Of a stretch of 64,000 nucleotides of DNA, positions 19,194-28,737 are shown in pieces. Position 1 is the stretch's first letter; every line of letters begins with the position of its first letter. A program made the position numbers and the translations under genes. The stretch comes from Ignavibacteriales bacterium (GTDB lineage: Bacteria; Bacteroidota; Ignavibacteria; UBA10030), in the NCBI GenBank assembly GCA_026390595.1, contig JAPLFQ010000015.1, positions 42,024-106,023 of the forward strand. The letters are read 5' to 3'. The notes under the pieces were generated by a model. That model worked only from the letters and a program-made list of their open reading frames with translations, did not search any database and had not been told where the DNA came from.

Positions 19194-19625
19194 GTGAACT
19201 CAGTTCAACACAAACATCCCTTGGTCACCATCCCGCACGCGGAGTTGCGGTTTCGCACTTCGCGCAGTGGCGGACCGGGCGGGCAGAATGTCAACAAGGT
19301 CGAAACGCGCGTTGAGCTGATGTTTGATGTCCTCCGTTCGACGTCGTTGAGTCACGACCAAAAGCGGACTATCATTTCAGTTCTGGCTTCAAGGATTGAT
19401 GGCGAGGGGATCCTGCACATCAGTTCCCAGAAGTCGAGAAGTCAATGGGAAAACAAGCAGCTGGCAATTGAAAAACTCTCGATACTCCTGCGTTCGGCAC
19501 TACGAGTCAGAAAGAAACGAGTCAACACAGCCCCGACGCGCGGATCAAAGGAACGCCGGGTTCAAACAAAGAAGAAACACGGCCAGAAGAAACAGATGAG
19601 GAGGGTCAGCCTGAGCGATGAATAG
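19194..19625 (+). CDS. arfB: alternative ribosome-rescue factor ArfB (peptidyl-tRNA hydrolase)
   Basis: RTSRSGGPGGQNVNKVETRVEL GGQ motif plus a basic C-terminal tail. Confidence 0.85.
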   Translation: MNSVQHKHPLVTIPHAELRFRTSRSGGPGGQNVNKVETRVELMFDVLRSTSLSHDQKRTIISVLASRIDGEGILHISSQKSRSQWENKQLAIEKLSILLRSALRVRKKRVNTAPTRGSKERRVQTKKKHGQKKQMRRVSLSDE

Positions 19626-20097
19626 CGACCTTGGTAAAGTGTACGTCGAGTGGTGCCGGTTCCGGCTCCTCAATCAGTACTGGCCACGCGTGCAGAAGTG
19701 TGTGGAGGAATTGTCGCAGGACGATATCTGGTGGCGTGGCCATGAAACCAACAATAGCGTTGGTAACCTGCTGCTGCATCTGACGGGCAACCTGAACCAG
19801 TTTGTCCTCGCGGGGATCGGCGGAGCACCCGACACCCGGAACAAGCTGCTGGAGTTCACCGAGCGCCAGCGCGTCCCGAAGGATGAAATCTTGGGCAGGC
19901 TGCACCAGGCGCTTCTTGAGGCGGATCGAACACTCGGACGATTCGACCCCAATCGTCTTCTCGACCGCACGGTTGTTCAGGAGCGTGATCGCCCCATCCT
20001 CGAAGTCCTTTCCATCGTCGTCGAACATTTCGCTCTTCATGTCGGCCAGATCATCTACATTACGAAACTACGGACCGGCAAGGATCTGAAATTCTGA
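19618..20097 (+). CDS. DinB/YfiT-like (DUF1572) four-helix-bundle protein
   Basis: HLTGNLNQFV and VVEHFALHVGQIIYI His-containing motifs of the DinB_2 superfamily. Overlaps the arfB stop by 8 nt. Confidence 0.7.
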   Translation: MNSDLGKVYVEWCRFRLLNQYWPRVQKCVEELSQDDIWWRGHETNNSVGNLLLHLTGNLNQFVLAGIGGAPDTRNKLLEFTERQRVPKDEILGRLHQALLEADRTLGRFDPNRLLDRTVVQERDRPILEVLSIVVEHFALHVGQIIYITKLRTGKDLKF

Positions 20098-20216
20098 TTC
20101 CCCGGATTGGAGTCTCTGGACGTGACTTCTCGCCGCGGCTTGTAACTTCCGAAGTTCCGGACTCGTAGGAACCATGTACGTTGTCTTCGATTACCGGACA
20201 TCAAAGGATTAGCCTC

Positions 20217-21020
20217 ATGAAACACTCCTGCCCAGCATTCTTAACCTTGATTCTCATCCTGGTTCTCCTCACTTCCGCGATTGCCCAGGAAAGCCGCGAA
20301 GTCAGGAAATCTGGCCCGTTTGGTGCGAATGGCCGTATCTCTGTCGATACATACAAGGGGAGCATCACCATCCTTCCGTGGGAGAAGTCGGAAATCGAAA
20401 TACACGCCGTAATCGAAGCGGATGGAAGCGATCGTTACGAGCGGGAAATGGTCCAGGATACCGACGTCCGCATCGACCTCACCTCGGGTTCAGCGCGCAT
20501 CAAAACCGACTATGAGCATGCGAAACGCAGACATCGCGGGTTTCTTGGATTGTTCGGCGAAAGTTCAGACAACCTGCCATCCGTGTATTACACGATCAAG
20601 GTGCCCCGATCCACCCGGGTTTCGATCAAAGACTACAAGTCCAAAACAACGATTGAGGATCTCCAGGCGGATGTGGACATTGAGACGTACAAGGGCGAAG
20701 TCTCGATGAGTCGGCTGTCGGGCGGTCTTGAGCTGAAGACCTACAAAGGCGAAGCGCACGTCGCGTTCGCCGACCTTTCGGGGCGTTCGAGAGTGGAAAC
20801 CTACAAGGGAGAGATCGAACTGAGTATCCCAAGAGGCAGGGGATTTGATCTCGAAGCGTCCATCGGGAAGCACGCACGACTGGTGTCGGATTTTGAGAAG
20901 GTCCGCGATCGTGATACTGACCGTCGCAGGGGCTATGAGGCACGCACATCCGTGAATGGGGGAGGACCTCTGCTGAGGGTAAAGAGTGATCATGGTACAG
21001 TACGCGTACGTGAGCGCTAA
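20217..21020 (+). CDS. DUF4097 (putative adhesin / YvlB-like) domain protein
   Basis: Signal peptide; repeated beta-helix-like units ([27 protein letters not shown]) characteristic of DUF4097. Confidence 0.7.
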   Translation: MKHSCPAFLTLILILVLLTSAIAQESREVRKSGPFGANGRISVDTYKGSITILPWEKSEIEIHAVIEADGSDRYEREMVQDTDVRIDLTSGSARIKTDYEHAKRRHRGFLGLFGESSDNLPSVYYTIKVPRSTRVSIKDYKSKTTIEDLQADVDIETYKGEVSMSRLSGGLELKTYKGEAHVAFADLSGRSRVETYKGEIELSIPRGRGFDLEASIGKHARLVSDFEKVRDRDTDRRRGYEARTSVNGGGPLLRVKSDHGTVRVRER

Positions 21021-21034
21021 AAAAGGAGAAACCT

Positions 21035-21238
21035 ATGAAACGACTCTATCGATCCTATACTGACAAGAAACTCGCTGGTCTATGCGGCGGATTGGGTGTA
21101 TACTTGAATGTCGATCCTACCGTGGTGAGACTCGCCGCTGTGTTTGGCGGTATCCTCACGGGCGTTTTCCCATTTGTTATCGGGTATATCATCGCCTGGG
21201 TGCTTGTGCCGGAAGCGCCTGCTTCCGTCTCTTCCTGA
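21035..21238 (+). CDS. PspC-domain protein
   Basis: [30 protein letters not shown] is the PspC domain. Classical pairing with the upstream DUF4097 gene (yvlB/yvlC-like). Confidence 0.75.
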   Translation: MKRLYRSYTDKKLAGLCGGLGVYLNVDPTVVRLAAVFGGILTGVFPFVIGYIIAWVLVPEAPASVSS

Positions 21239-21350
21239 CGACAAGCGTGTCTTCCATCCCTTGTCTTTGGGAACCTTGTTCCGCAATGGTGGTGTTATGT
21301 ACTACGTCCGGCAACTTCTGTCAATTACATTGTAGAACGGAGACGACACC

Positions 21351-21932
21351 ATGATGCGGTCCAGCCTGTTTCTCCCATTCATGTTCATTATCATTGTATC
21401 ATCGGTGCTCGTTTCACAGCCAAAGGAGCAAGCAGCTGTGGGAAAAAAGAGCATGTACGATTTCACGATGAAAACCATCGACGGCAAGGACAAGTCTCTC
21501 GCTGAATACAAAGGGGATGTCCTTCTTGTCGTCAATGTCGCGTCGCAGTGCGGGTACACCCCTCAATACAAAGACCTCGAGGAAGTGTTTGAGAAGTATA
21601 AAGGAAAGGGGCTTCGCATCCTCGCTTTTCCCGCCAACAATTTCGGTGAACAGGAACCAGGCTCAGACAAGGAGATCAAGACTTTCTGTGAATCGAAGTA
21701 CAACGTGACGTTTGACCTTTTCTCGAAAATCAGCGTGAAAGGGGACGACCAGCACCCTCTGTATCGATTCATCACAAAGGATTCACCCTATCCGGGGGAT
21801 GTGAAGTGGAATTTCCAAAAATACCTGGTTGACAGAAATGGAAATATCGTCGCGATGTTTTCGTCTCGTGTTAAGCCAACCGACAAGGCGTTCATCGAGA
21901 AGGTTGAATCTCTTCTCGTCCCCGGAGTGTAA
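21351..21932 (+). CDS. gpx: glutathione peroxidase (Cys-type), secreted
   Basis: VVNVASQCGYT catalytic Cys motif and WNFQKYLVDRNG block; N-terminal signal peptide. Confidence 0.85.
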   Translation: MMRSSLFLPFMFIIIVSSVLVSQPKEQAAVGKKSMYDFTMKTIDGKDKSLAEYKGDVLLVVNVASQCGYTPQYKDLEEVFEKYKGKGLRILAFPANNFGEQEPGSDKEIKTFCESKYNVTFDLFSKISVKGDDQHPLYRFITKDSPYPGDVKWNFQKYLVDRNGNIVAMFSSRVKPTDKAFIEKVESLLVPGV

Positions 21933-21964
21933 GAGAGTCCTTTCTACTAGCAACCAATTCGTGT

Positions 21965-22003
21965 GACCTGCGGCACGCCCGTTTCGTGAGACGGTCGCAG
22001 GTC
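21965..22003 (+). terminator. two-tier hairpin after gpx containing a GTGAGACGG unit
   Basis: gacctgcg ... cgcaggtc outer stem (8 bp) enclosing ccgtttcgtgagacgg, followed by ttgctctccgtt. Confidence 0.4.
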
Positions 22004-22183
22004 TTGCTCTCCGTTACTCATTTGTCTACCTTCGTATTAAACTTCGCCTCTTCAGAGAGCGACTAACCAATAGTCTGATTTTCCCACACACGATCAACTC
22101 TGTCGCAGGAATGATGCTTTGGTTCGGCACAACAGCAGACTCCGAGCCGGAATGAATCGTCCTCAACCACGATCAAAGGTCGC

Positions 22184-23890
22184 ATGAATCGACGACAATT
22201 CTTTACTGGTGCATCCGGCGTATCGTACTCCACTTCCGACCGTCCGTTCTCAAGCTCCGGCAACCAGACGAAAAATCTCATTCGGTCGCAGAAGGGAATT
22301 GAGCCCATCCCCGCTGCTGAGTGGAACGCAAAAACCGCGGCGCACTTGCTTCGCCGGACCATGTTCGGGCCCACGAGAGCTGAGATCCAGCAAGCCGCCT
22401 CGCAGTCGATGGACGCAACCATCAACGCTCTCTTCGCGCCGCAGCCTCTTCCGGATCCGCCTGTAGGTCCCGCACCGCTCGCCGCGGGCCAGACGTGGGT
22501 GACCTCCGCCTTCGACTCCACCAACGATGGCACCTATTCTGCCTATCTGAAAGCGTGGTGGGTCGGTCTGATGATTCGCCAGGGCATGTCTATCCGCGAG
22601 AAGATGGTTCTGTTCTGGCACAACCATTTTCCCACGGAGTTGGATACTGTGACCGACTCGCGATACCTGTACAGACAACTCGACTTGTTCAGGCGGAATG
22701 CACTTGGTAACTTCAAGCAGTTGACGAAACTGGTGACGCTCGATCCGGCGATGCTCCTGTATCTCAACGGTAACACCAATGTTGTCGGTCGCGCAAATGA
22801 GAATTACGGGCGTGAACTCCAGGAGCTGTTCACTATCGGCAAAGGAGCCGAGATCGCACAGGGAAACTACACGAACTATACGGAACAGGATGTCCAGGCC
22901 GCGGCGAGAATGCTCACCGGCTATACCGTTACGGGATATCGGGACACGACGAGCGCAGCCATCGGTTCGACCTTCACCGCTTCACGTCACGATTCCACAA
23001 GCAAGCAATTCTCCTCTGCGTACGGGAACAAGGTCTTTGCGGGACGTGCGGGGACGGATGGCGCAAAAGAGCTGGATGACCTGCTGGACATGATCTTTGC
23101 GCAAACCGATGCCGACGGCGTCGGGCGTGTGGCGAAGTATATGTGCCGCAAATTCTACCGTTGGTTCGTGTACTACGACATCGACGCCGCGGCGGAGCAG
23201 AACGTCATCGTGCCGCTTGCCCGGACGATGATGGCAAACAACTACGAAGTACAGCCGGTTCTCGATGCGCTCTTCCGGAGTGCGAATTTCTACGACGATA
23301 TCAACATTGGGTGCGTGATCAAAAACCCCATTGATTTCGTGGCGGGGACGGTCCGGCAGCTTGGGATTTCGGTTCCGCCCATGACGGACACTTCCTACTA
23401 CCGTCCGTTGAATGACCTTCGATCGCGCGCTTCAAATCTCCAGATGAATCTTCTTGATCCGCCCAACGTGGCGGGCTGGGAGGCATACTATCAGGTGCCG
23501 GATTTCTACGAACTATGGATCAGCACGACGACGCTGCCGCTGCGAGCCGGGGTCGGGGGGTTCACCGATCTCCTGTTCACCGGAGTTTCGGGACTCACGC
23601 TGGACCGGCTCGTGTTTGCAAAGACCATGGGGACGCCCGGCGATCCTTACAAACTCATCGCGGAACTTGCAGACGCGTTGTTTCCAATCCCCCTCACACA
23701 GTCTCAGAAAGACTACCTGATGTACAACGCCATGGGATTGAAACTGATGGATGAGTATGAGTGGACGGCGGTCTGGAACGCCTACTGGGCGCCGGGAGGT
23801 CAGACAACAGTGAACAAGACCAACGTGTTGAAATCACTTGACCCGCTCCTGAAGTTCATGTTCCGGATGGCGGAATTCCAGTTGTCGTAA
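22184..23890 (+). CDS. DUF1800 family protein (Tat signal)
   Basis: MNRRQFFTGA twin-arginine motif; size and partnership with the downstream DUF1501 gene are typical of the DUF1800/DUF1501 pair. Confidence 0.7.
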   Translation: MNRRQFFTGASGVSYSTSDRPFSSSGNQTKNLIRSQKGIEPIPAAEWNAKTAAHLLRRTMFGPTRAEIQQAASQSMDATINALFAPQPLPDPPVGPAPLAAGQTWVTSAFDSTNDGTYSAYLKAWWVGLMIRQGMSIREKMVLFWHNHFPTELDTVTDSRYLYRQLDLFRRNALGNFKQLTKLVTLDPAMLLYLNGNTNVVGRANENYGRELQELFTIGKGAEIAQGNYTNYTEQDVQAAARMLTGYTVTGYRDTTSAAIGSTFTASRHDSTSKQFSSAYGNKVFAGRAGTDGAKELDDLLDMIFAQTDADGVGRVAKYMCRKFYRWFVYYDIDAAAEQNVIVPLARTMMANNYEVQPVLDALFRSANFYDDINIGCVIKNPIDFVAGTVRQLGISVPPMTDTSYYRPLNDLRSRASNLQMNLLDPPNVAGWEAYYQVPDFYELWISTTTLPLRAGVGGFTDLLFTGVSGLTLDRLVFAKTMGTPGDPYKLIAELADALFPIPLTQSQKDYLMYNAMGLKLMDEYEWTAVWNAYWAPGGQTTVNKTNVLKSLDPLLKFMFRMAEFQLS

Positions 23891-23924
23891 TTCGCTGACA
23901 ACGTTTTCTATTGGCAGGGGACGC

Positions 23925-25523
23925 ATGAAACGCAGACACTTTCTTCGTGGTGTTGTTCCGGTAACAGCAATGCCGTTCTTGCTGAACGGCCTCCCGCTTC
24001 GGGCATTTGGCCGCTCGCCATTTCTTGAGGCGCTCATCGGTGCTTACTCGGCGACGGACAGAGTGCTGGTTCTGGTTCAGCTTTCAGGGGGCAATGACGG
24101 AATCAATACCGTCATTCCGCTCGACCAACTGACGGCATACAACAACGCCAGGGGAAACATCGCCATCCCGCAAAGCGCTGTGCTGCCGCTTACGAGCGCA
24201 ACAGGCCTCCACCCGAAGATGACCGGTTTCAAACAGCTTTACGACCAGGGGAAGCTGATGGTTGTGCAGGGCGTCTCGTATCCGAACCCGAACCTCTCGC
24301 ATTTCAGGGCTACTGACATCTGGCTCACCGCGGCGAACTCGAACGAATACCTCAACGACGGATGGGCAGGACGGTATCTCAGCCAGGAGTTTTCCGGGTA
24401 TCCAACCGGTTATCCCAATCAGGTCATGCCCGACCCCCTCGCGATCCAGATCGGCGCGGTCACATCCACCGCACTCGAAGGGCCGTCGAGGTCGATGGGT
24501 ATCTCCATTCAGGATCCCAATTCCTTCTATCAGCTTGTGAACGGCGTCTCCGCCGGGGGACAGGACACACCCCCTCAGACTCCGGCAGGACACGAACTCA
24601 CCTACATCAGAGAGGTCATGCTCCATTCGCAGCAGTACGCGGCCCAGGTCAAGGCCGCCGCAGACAAGATCAAGACCCAGGTGACGTACCCCGCATCGAA
24701 CTCCCTTGCCGATCAACTCAAGATCGTCGCCAGACTGATTGGCGGAGGATTGAAGACCCGTGTGTATATCGTGAGCATGGGCGGATTCGACAACCATTCC
24801 GCACAGGTGGATTCGAACGACTCCACAATCGGGACGCATGCAACGCTGCTGCAGCGGCTGGCAGACGCCACGCTCGCATTTCAGAATGATCTGATACAAC
24901 TCGGAGTCGAAGATCGCGTCATCGGATTGACCTTCTCAGAGTTCGGCCGCCGGGTGCAGTCGAATGCCAGCAGGGGAACGGACCACGGCACCGCAGCGCC
25001 GATGTTCGTCTTTGGCAAGGGCATCAACGGCGGTGTGCCGAACGGCGTGCTCGGTTTCAATCCAAGCCTGACGGACCTCTCGAGCTCAAATCTCAAGATG
25101 CAGTACGACTTTCGCTCTGTCTACGCGTCGGTGCTGTGCCAGTGGTTTGGCGTCAATCCGACTGAACTGAATGCGGTGCTTCTCCGGAACTTCCAGCAGC
25201 TGCCCCTCATCAAGGCGGGCGTCGCAGTCTCGGTTGAGGAGGCCTCGAACCTGCCTTCGGAGTACCGGCTCTATGAGAACTATCCTAATCCATTCAATCC
25301 AACGACCACGATCGCTTACGATCTCCCTGGCGACTCAAACGTCGTTCTGAAGGTGTATGATATGCTCGGCCGCGAAGTGACGACGCTTGTCGACCAGCAT
25401 CAGGGAGCAGGCCATCACACGGCGCAATTTGCGCCCACGTCAGGACTCTCGAGCGGGGCATACATCTATCATCTTCAGGCCGGATCATTCCAGGACCGAA
25501 AGAAGATGATGTTCGTGAAGTAG
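23925..25523 (+). CDS. DUF1501 (sulfatase-like) protein with Tat-type signal and T9SS C-terminal sorting domain
   Basis: MKRRHFLRG RR-motif. C-terminus ENYPNPFNPTTTIAYDLPGDSNVVLKVYDMLGREVTTLVDQHQGAGHHTAQFAPTSGLSSGAYIYHLQAGSFQDRKKMMFVK matches the type-A Por/T9SS CTD. Confidence 0.75.
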   Translation: MKRRHFLRGVVPVTAMPFLLNGLPLRAFGRSPFLEALIGAYSATDRVLVLVQLSGGNDGINTVIPLDQLTAYNNARGNIAIPQSAVLPLTSATGLHPKMTGFKQLYDQGKLMVVQGVSYPNPNLSHFRATDIWLTAANSNEYLNDGWAGRYLSQEFSGYPTGYPNQVMPDPLAIQIGAVTSTALEGPSRSMGISIQDPNSFYQLVNGVSAGGQDTPPQTPAGHELTYIREVMLHSQQYAAQVKAAADKIKTQVTYPASNSLADQLKIVARLIGGGLKTRVYIVSMGGFDNHSAQVDSNDSTIGTHATLLQRLADATLAFQNDLIQLGVEDRVIGLTFSEFGRRVQSNASRGTDHGTAAPMFVFGKGINGGVPNGVLGFNPSLTDLSSSNLKMQYDFRSVYASVLCQWFGVNPTELNAVLLRNFQQLPLIKAGVAVSVEEASNLPSEYRLYENYPNPFNPTTTIAYDLPGDSNVVLKVYDMLGREVTTLVDQHQGAGHHTAQFAPTSGLSSGAYIYHLQAGSFQDRKKMMFVK

Positions 25524-25724
25524 CTGAGTCGAGGTGACCGTCACCTCCCAAGTGCTGACTTGGGTGCCGGTCACCTTCCGAGCAAATTGGACAGGCCCGA
25601 CCGCATCGCGATCGGGCTTTTTTCGTTTTGGAGAAGGTCGCGGTGCGGGCGTCTACAGGGAAGCGCTGTCCCTGTCTTGAAATTCAGGCAATGTCTCAGT
25701 AGGTTGGCTCATTCGAAACCCAGA

Positions 25725-26471
25725 ATGAACCTTCGTACGACCTATATCCGTTTCAAATCCCTTCTGCCAGACCCTCTTCGTGAGGCCCTGAGTGCTGTCA
25801 ATCAGCGTCTGTTTGCACGGCGAACGCTTGCGAAGAAGTACGGAGACTGGTTCGACGTCGATTGGAGAAAGAAATATCGATCGCTGTCGGAAGACGAATG
25901 GAAGCGGGCCTACAACGAAGCGTGGAAACACAGGAACAACGACTGCGTTGAGGAAACCGATGCAGAGCTGATTCTCGGAGCTCTTGGCCCCAAAGGTTCT
26001 GTGGCAGAAGTGGGGGCCGGGATCGGAACGCTGGCTCTGCGGCTGGCGAAGGAAGGCTTTGACGTGACCGGTGTCGACGTCAGTTCTGAAGCCCTGAAAC
26101 GAGCGGGGGAACGCGCCAGGCTGGAGCACCTGACAATCCAGTGGCGTGAGGGCTTTGCGGAATCGCTTCCTTTCCCGGACAAGTCTTTCGATTATGTGAC
26201 CTGCTGTCACACGCTCGAGCATGTCAAAGATCTGGCGAAGGCTGTTTCGGAGTTGAAACGGATCGCGCGCAAGAAAGTGGTCGTTCTGACGCCGAAGCAG
26301 AAGTTCCGGCTGTACGCTGAAAACTATCACACTCAATTCTTTGAAACTCCCGGGCAGTTGTCGGATGCCTTTGATCTTCCCCGATTCGACTGCAGAGAGA
26401 TCGACTGCATCGATCACAAGAATGAGTTCCAGGGCAAGGCGTTCTTCTATGTCGGGTATATCAGTGGATAG
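25725..26471 (+). CDS. class I SAM-dependent methyltransferase
   Basis: Motif I VAEVGAGIGTLALRLAKEGFDVTGVDVS and the post-I acidic residue pattern. The long listed ORF from 25560 is trimmed to the first M after the hairpin region. Confidence 0.7.
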   Translation: MNLRTTYIRFKSLLPDPLREALSAVNQRLFARRTLAKKYGDWFDVDWRKKYRSLSEDEWKRAYNEAWKHRNNDCVEETDAELILGALGPKGSVAEVGAGIGTLALRLAKEGFDVTGVDVSSEALKRAGERARLEHLTIQWREGFAESLPFPDKSFDYVTCCHTLEHVKDLAKAVSELKRIARKKVVVLTPKQKFRLYAENYHTQFFETPGQLSDAFDLPRFDCREIDCIDHKNEFQGKAFFYVGYISG

Positions 26472-26516
26472 CACACAGAAAGCGCAGGAACAGAGCATGA
26501 TTGTCTCGTCCCATCT

Positions 26517-27719
26517 GTGTCGTCAGCGTTCGCTTCTTCCAGGATGCATTCGACCTCTGAGGAAACACTTCTTACTCGCTTCGCATCGCACACTCTCAAT
26601 GCCATGATCACACATCTCCCGCTGGCGCACCCGAAACCCAACGCATCCGAGTTCATCGATATCCTGATGGGACGTACGCCGCAGACGCGTACTCCCCTCG
26701 TGGAGTACATTGTCGACGACGTTGTCATGAAGCCGGTTGTTGAGAACCTCCTGGGGAAGCAATGGGTTGCCTACGGGGCAGATCGAGAATCTCAGAAAGC
26801 ATATCTCGACAACTTCATCGAATTCTGGTACCGGATGGGGTACGATTTTGTCCGGTTCGAACAAAGTCTTCCGTTCCCGGAATCCAAGTTGATCATTCCC
26901 GATGCGGCACCGGGATCCCTGAAATCGAGAGAATGGGCTGACGAACATCAGAGCGCGCTCTCGGGCTGGGACGACTTTGAGAACATTCGCTGGCCGAAGG
27001 TGGAAGAGTTCGACTTCTTCGCATACGAATACCTGAACGCTCATCTCCCCGACGGCATGGGACTCATCAGTTCTCACGGAGGAGGGATCTTCGAACATAT
27101 CACCTGGATGATGTCTCTCGAGGGGTTCTGCAATGCCCTCGTGAACGATCCTGCTCTGGTGAAGGCCGTTGCCGACAAGCTTGGCGAGCTCATGGTCGGG
27201 TTCTACCATCATTTGCTCGGCCTGGATCGACTGCTGGCGGTTTTTCCGGGGGACGATATGGGATACAATGTTGGCACTCTCGTATCACCGAAGGTACTGA
27301 GGACGTACTTCCTCCCATGGCATAAGAAATTCGCTGCATTGGCGCACGACAAGGGGCTCCCGTATTTTCTCCATTCGTGCGGGAATCTCGAGAAGATCAT
27401 GGCGGATCTGATCGATGATGTGAAGATCGACGGGAAACATTCCTTCGAGAACAATATCATCGCTGCCGCTGATTTCCAGGCGCGCCACGGAAGCCATATC
27501 GCCGTACTCGGGGGACTCGATCTCAATATCCTCGGTGCCTCATCTCCTGAGGATGTGCGCGCACAGACCCGATTACTCGTCGAGACATGCGGTGCACGCG
27601 GCCGCTATGCGATCGGATCGGGCAATTCGATACCGAGTTATGTGCCTGTCGATAACTATCTTTCGATGGTCGACGAAGCCGTCGGAATTTCTGCACGGCA
27701 GGCTGGATCTGTGCATTGA
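26517..27719 (+). CDS. uroporphyrinogen decarboxylase (URO-D) family protein (MtaA/CmuA-like)
   Basis: About 390 aa with URO-D-like TIM-barrel blocks. Not adjacent to heme biosynthesis genes. Alternative start at 26544. Confidence 0.6.
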   Translation: MSSAFASSRMHSTSEETLLTRFASHTLNAMITHLPLAHPKPNASEFIDILMGRTPQTRTPLVEYIVDDVVMKPVVENLLGKQWVAYGADRESQKAYLDNFIEFWYRMGYDFVRFEQSLPFPESKLIIPDAAPGSLKSREWADEHQSALSGWDDFENIRWPKVEEFDFFAYEYLNAHLPDGMGLISSHGGGIFEHITWMMSLEGFCNALVNDPALVKAVADKLGELMVGFYHHLLGLDRLLAVFPGDDMGYNVGTLVSPKVLRTYFLPWHKKFAALAHDKGLPYFLHSCGNLEKIMADLIDDVKIDGKHSFENNIIAAADFQARHGSHIAVLGGLDLNILGASSPEDVRAQTRLLVETCGARGRYAIGSGNSIPSYVPVDNYLSMVDEAVGISARQAGSVH

Positions 27720-27788
27720 CTTTCGCAGTTGCCCGGGGTACTTCGGTATGACAACCCTACAATGTCGCCCTTTCGATGAGGTTACGCT

Positions 27789-28673
27789 ATGAGCTGCCGC
27801 AAACATGTCATCATCATTGTGTCTCTCTGCATGCTGATGCTGCTTCCGGCCTGTCAGAATCCCGTCGACGACGCGTCGGCGGTCAATGATGTCTATGATC
27901 ACGTAAGGGCAAGCTGGTCGCCTGACGGTCGGACGATCGCGTTTACTTCCTACGTCGAGAATGCCACAGGAATTCATCTGGTGGATTCCTCCGGCGCAAA
28001 TATCCGGAAGATCTATGGGGGCGATGGCGTGGGACTCACTTGGTCGCCGGATGGCAAATGGCTGGTGTTCTCGCTCGGAGGCACCCTCACGAAGATCAAA
28101 CCGACAGGGGACAGCCTTACCACGATGAGCGATGTGGCAGGGGCGATTCGTCCCTCATGGTCCCCCAATGGCAGGAAGATCGCCTTTGTCCAGCGGTCAC
28201 CGGGATATGGAATCTGGATCTACGATGTTGCTGCAAAAGCCGCTACGCAGGTTCTTTCATACGGAGATTTTCCATCGTGGAATCCCCTCACCGGGGAATT
28301 GGTGGTCCTCAACGCTCAGTTTGATCAATCTACCGGATACGTCGTGTACAACTACATTGCCGTGGACTCCACGAACACGTTGACCCGTTCGCTCGGCTCT
28401 TTTGCAACCATCGCAAATGTTGGCTTCTCGCCGATCAATCCAAAGGGGAACAGCATTGTCCTTGGCGTGAAGCGACCCGATGACTACGCACAGGTGTGGG
28501 TGTTCGACCTGCTCGCCAGAACAATCACACAGTTGACGAGTGACGGCGGGGACTATCCCTCATGGAGCCCGGACGGGACAAAAATCGTCTACACCCGAAC
28601 GCAGCTCGGCGACGGGGGCTTATGGGTGATGAACGCTGATGGGAGCAACAAGCACCGCATCACAAAGTCGTGA
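27789..28673 (+). CDS. lipoprotein with WD40-like (PD40/TolB-type) beta-propeller repeats
   Basis: Lipobox LLPAC; repeated WSPDG/WSPNG blades. Confidence 0.6.
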   Translation: MSCRKHVIIIVSLCMLMLLPACQNPVDDASAVNDVYDHVRASWSPDGRTIAFTSYVENATGIHLVDSSGANIRKIYGGDGVGLTWSPDGKWLVFSLGGTLTKIKPTGDSLTTMSDVAGAIRPSWSPNGRKIAFVQRSPGYGIWIYDVAAKAATQVLSYGDFPSWNPLTGELVVLNAQFDQSTGYVVYNYIAVDSTNTLTRSLGSFATIANVGFSPINPKGNSIVLGVKRPDDYAQVWVFDLLARTITQLTSDGGDYPSWSPDGTKIVYTRTQLGDGGLWVMNADGSNKHRITKS

Positions 28674-28737
28674 AATGTCGATACCAGCCATCGTTTGGCG
28701 CTCGGCGGTTTCCCAGTCCAAAGCAACGTATGATTGA

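Noticed and set aside
24084-24899. 271-aa minus-strand ORF
   Set aside because: Antisense to the DUF1501 gene.
25653-26498. 281-aa minus-strand ORF
   Set aside because: Antisense to the SAM methyltransferase gene. No recognisable domain.
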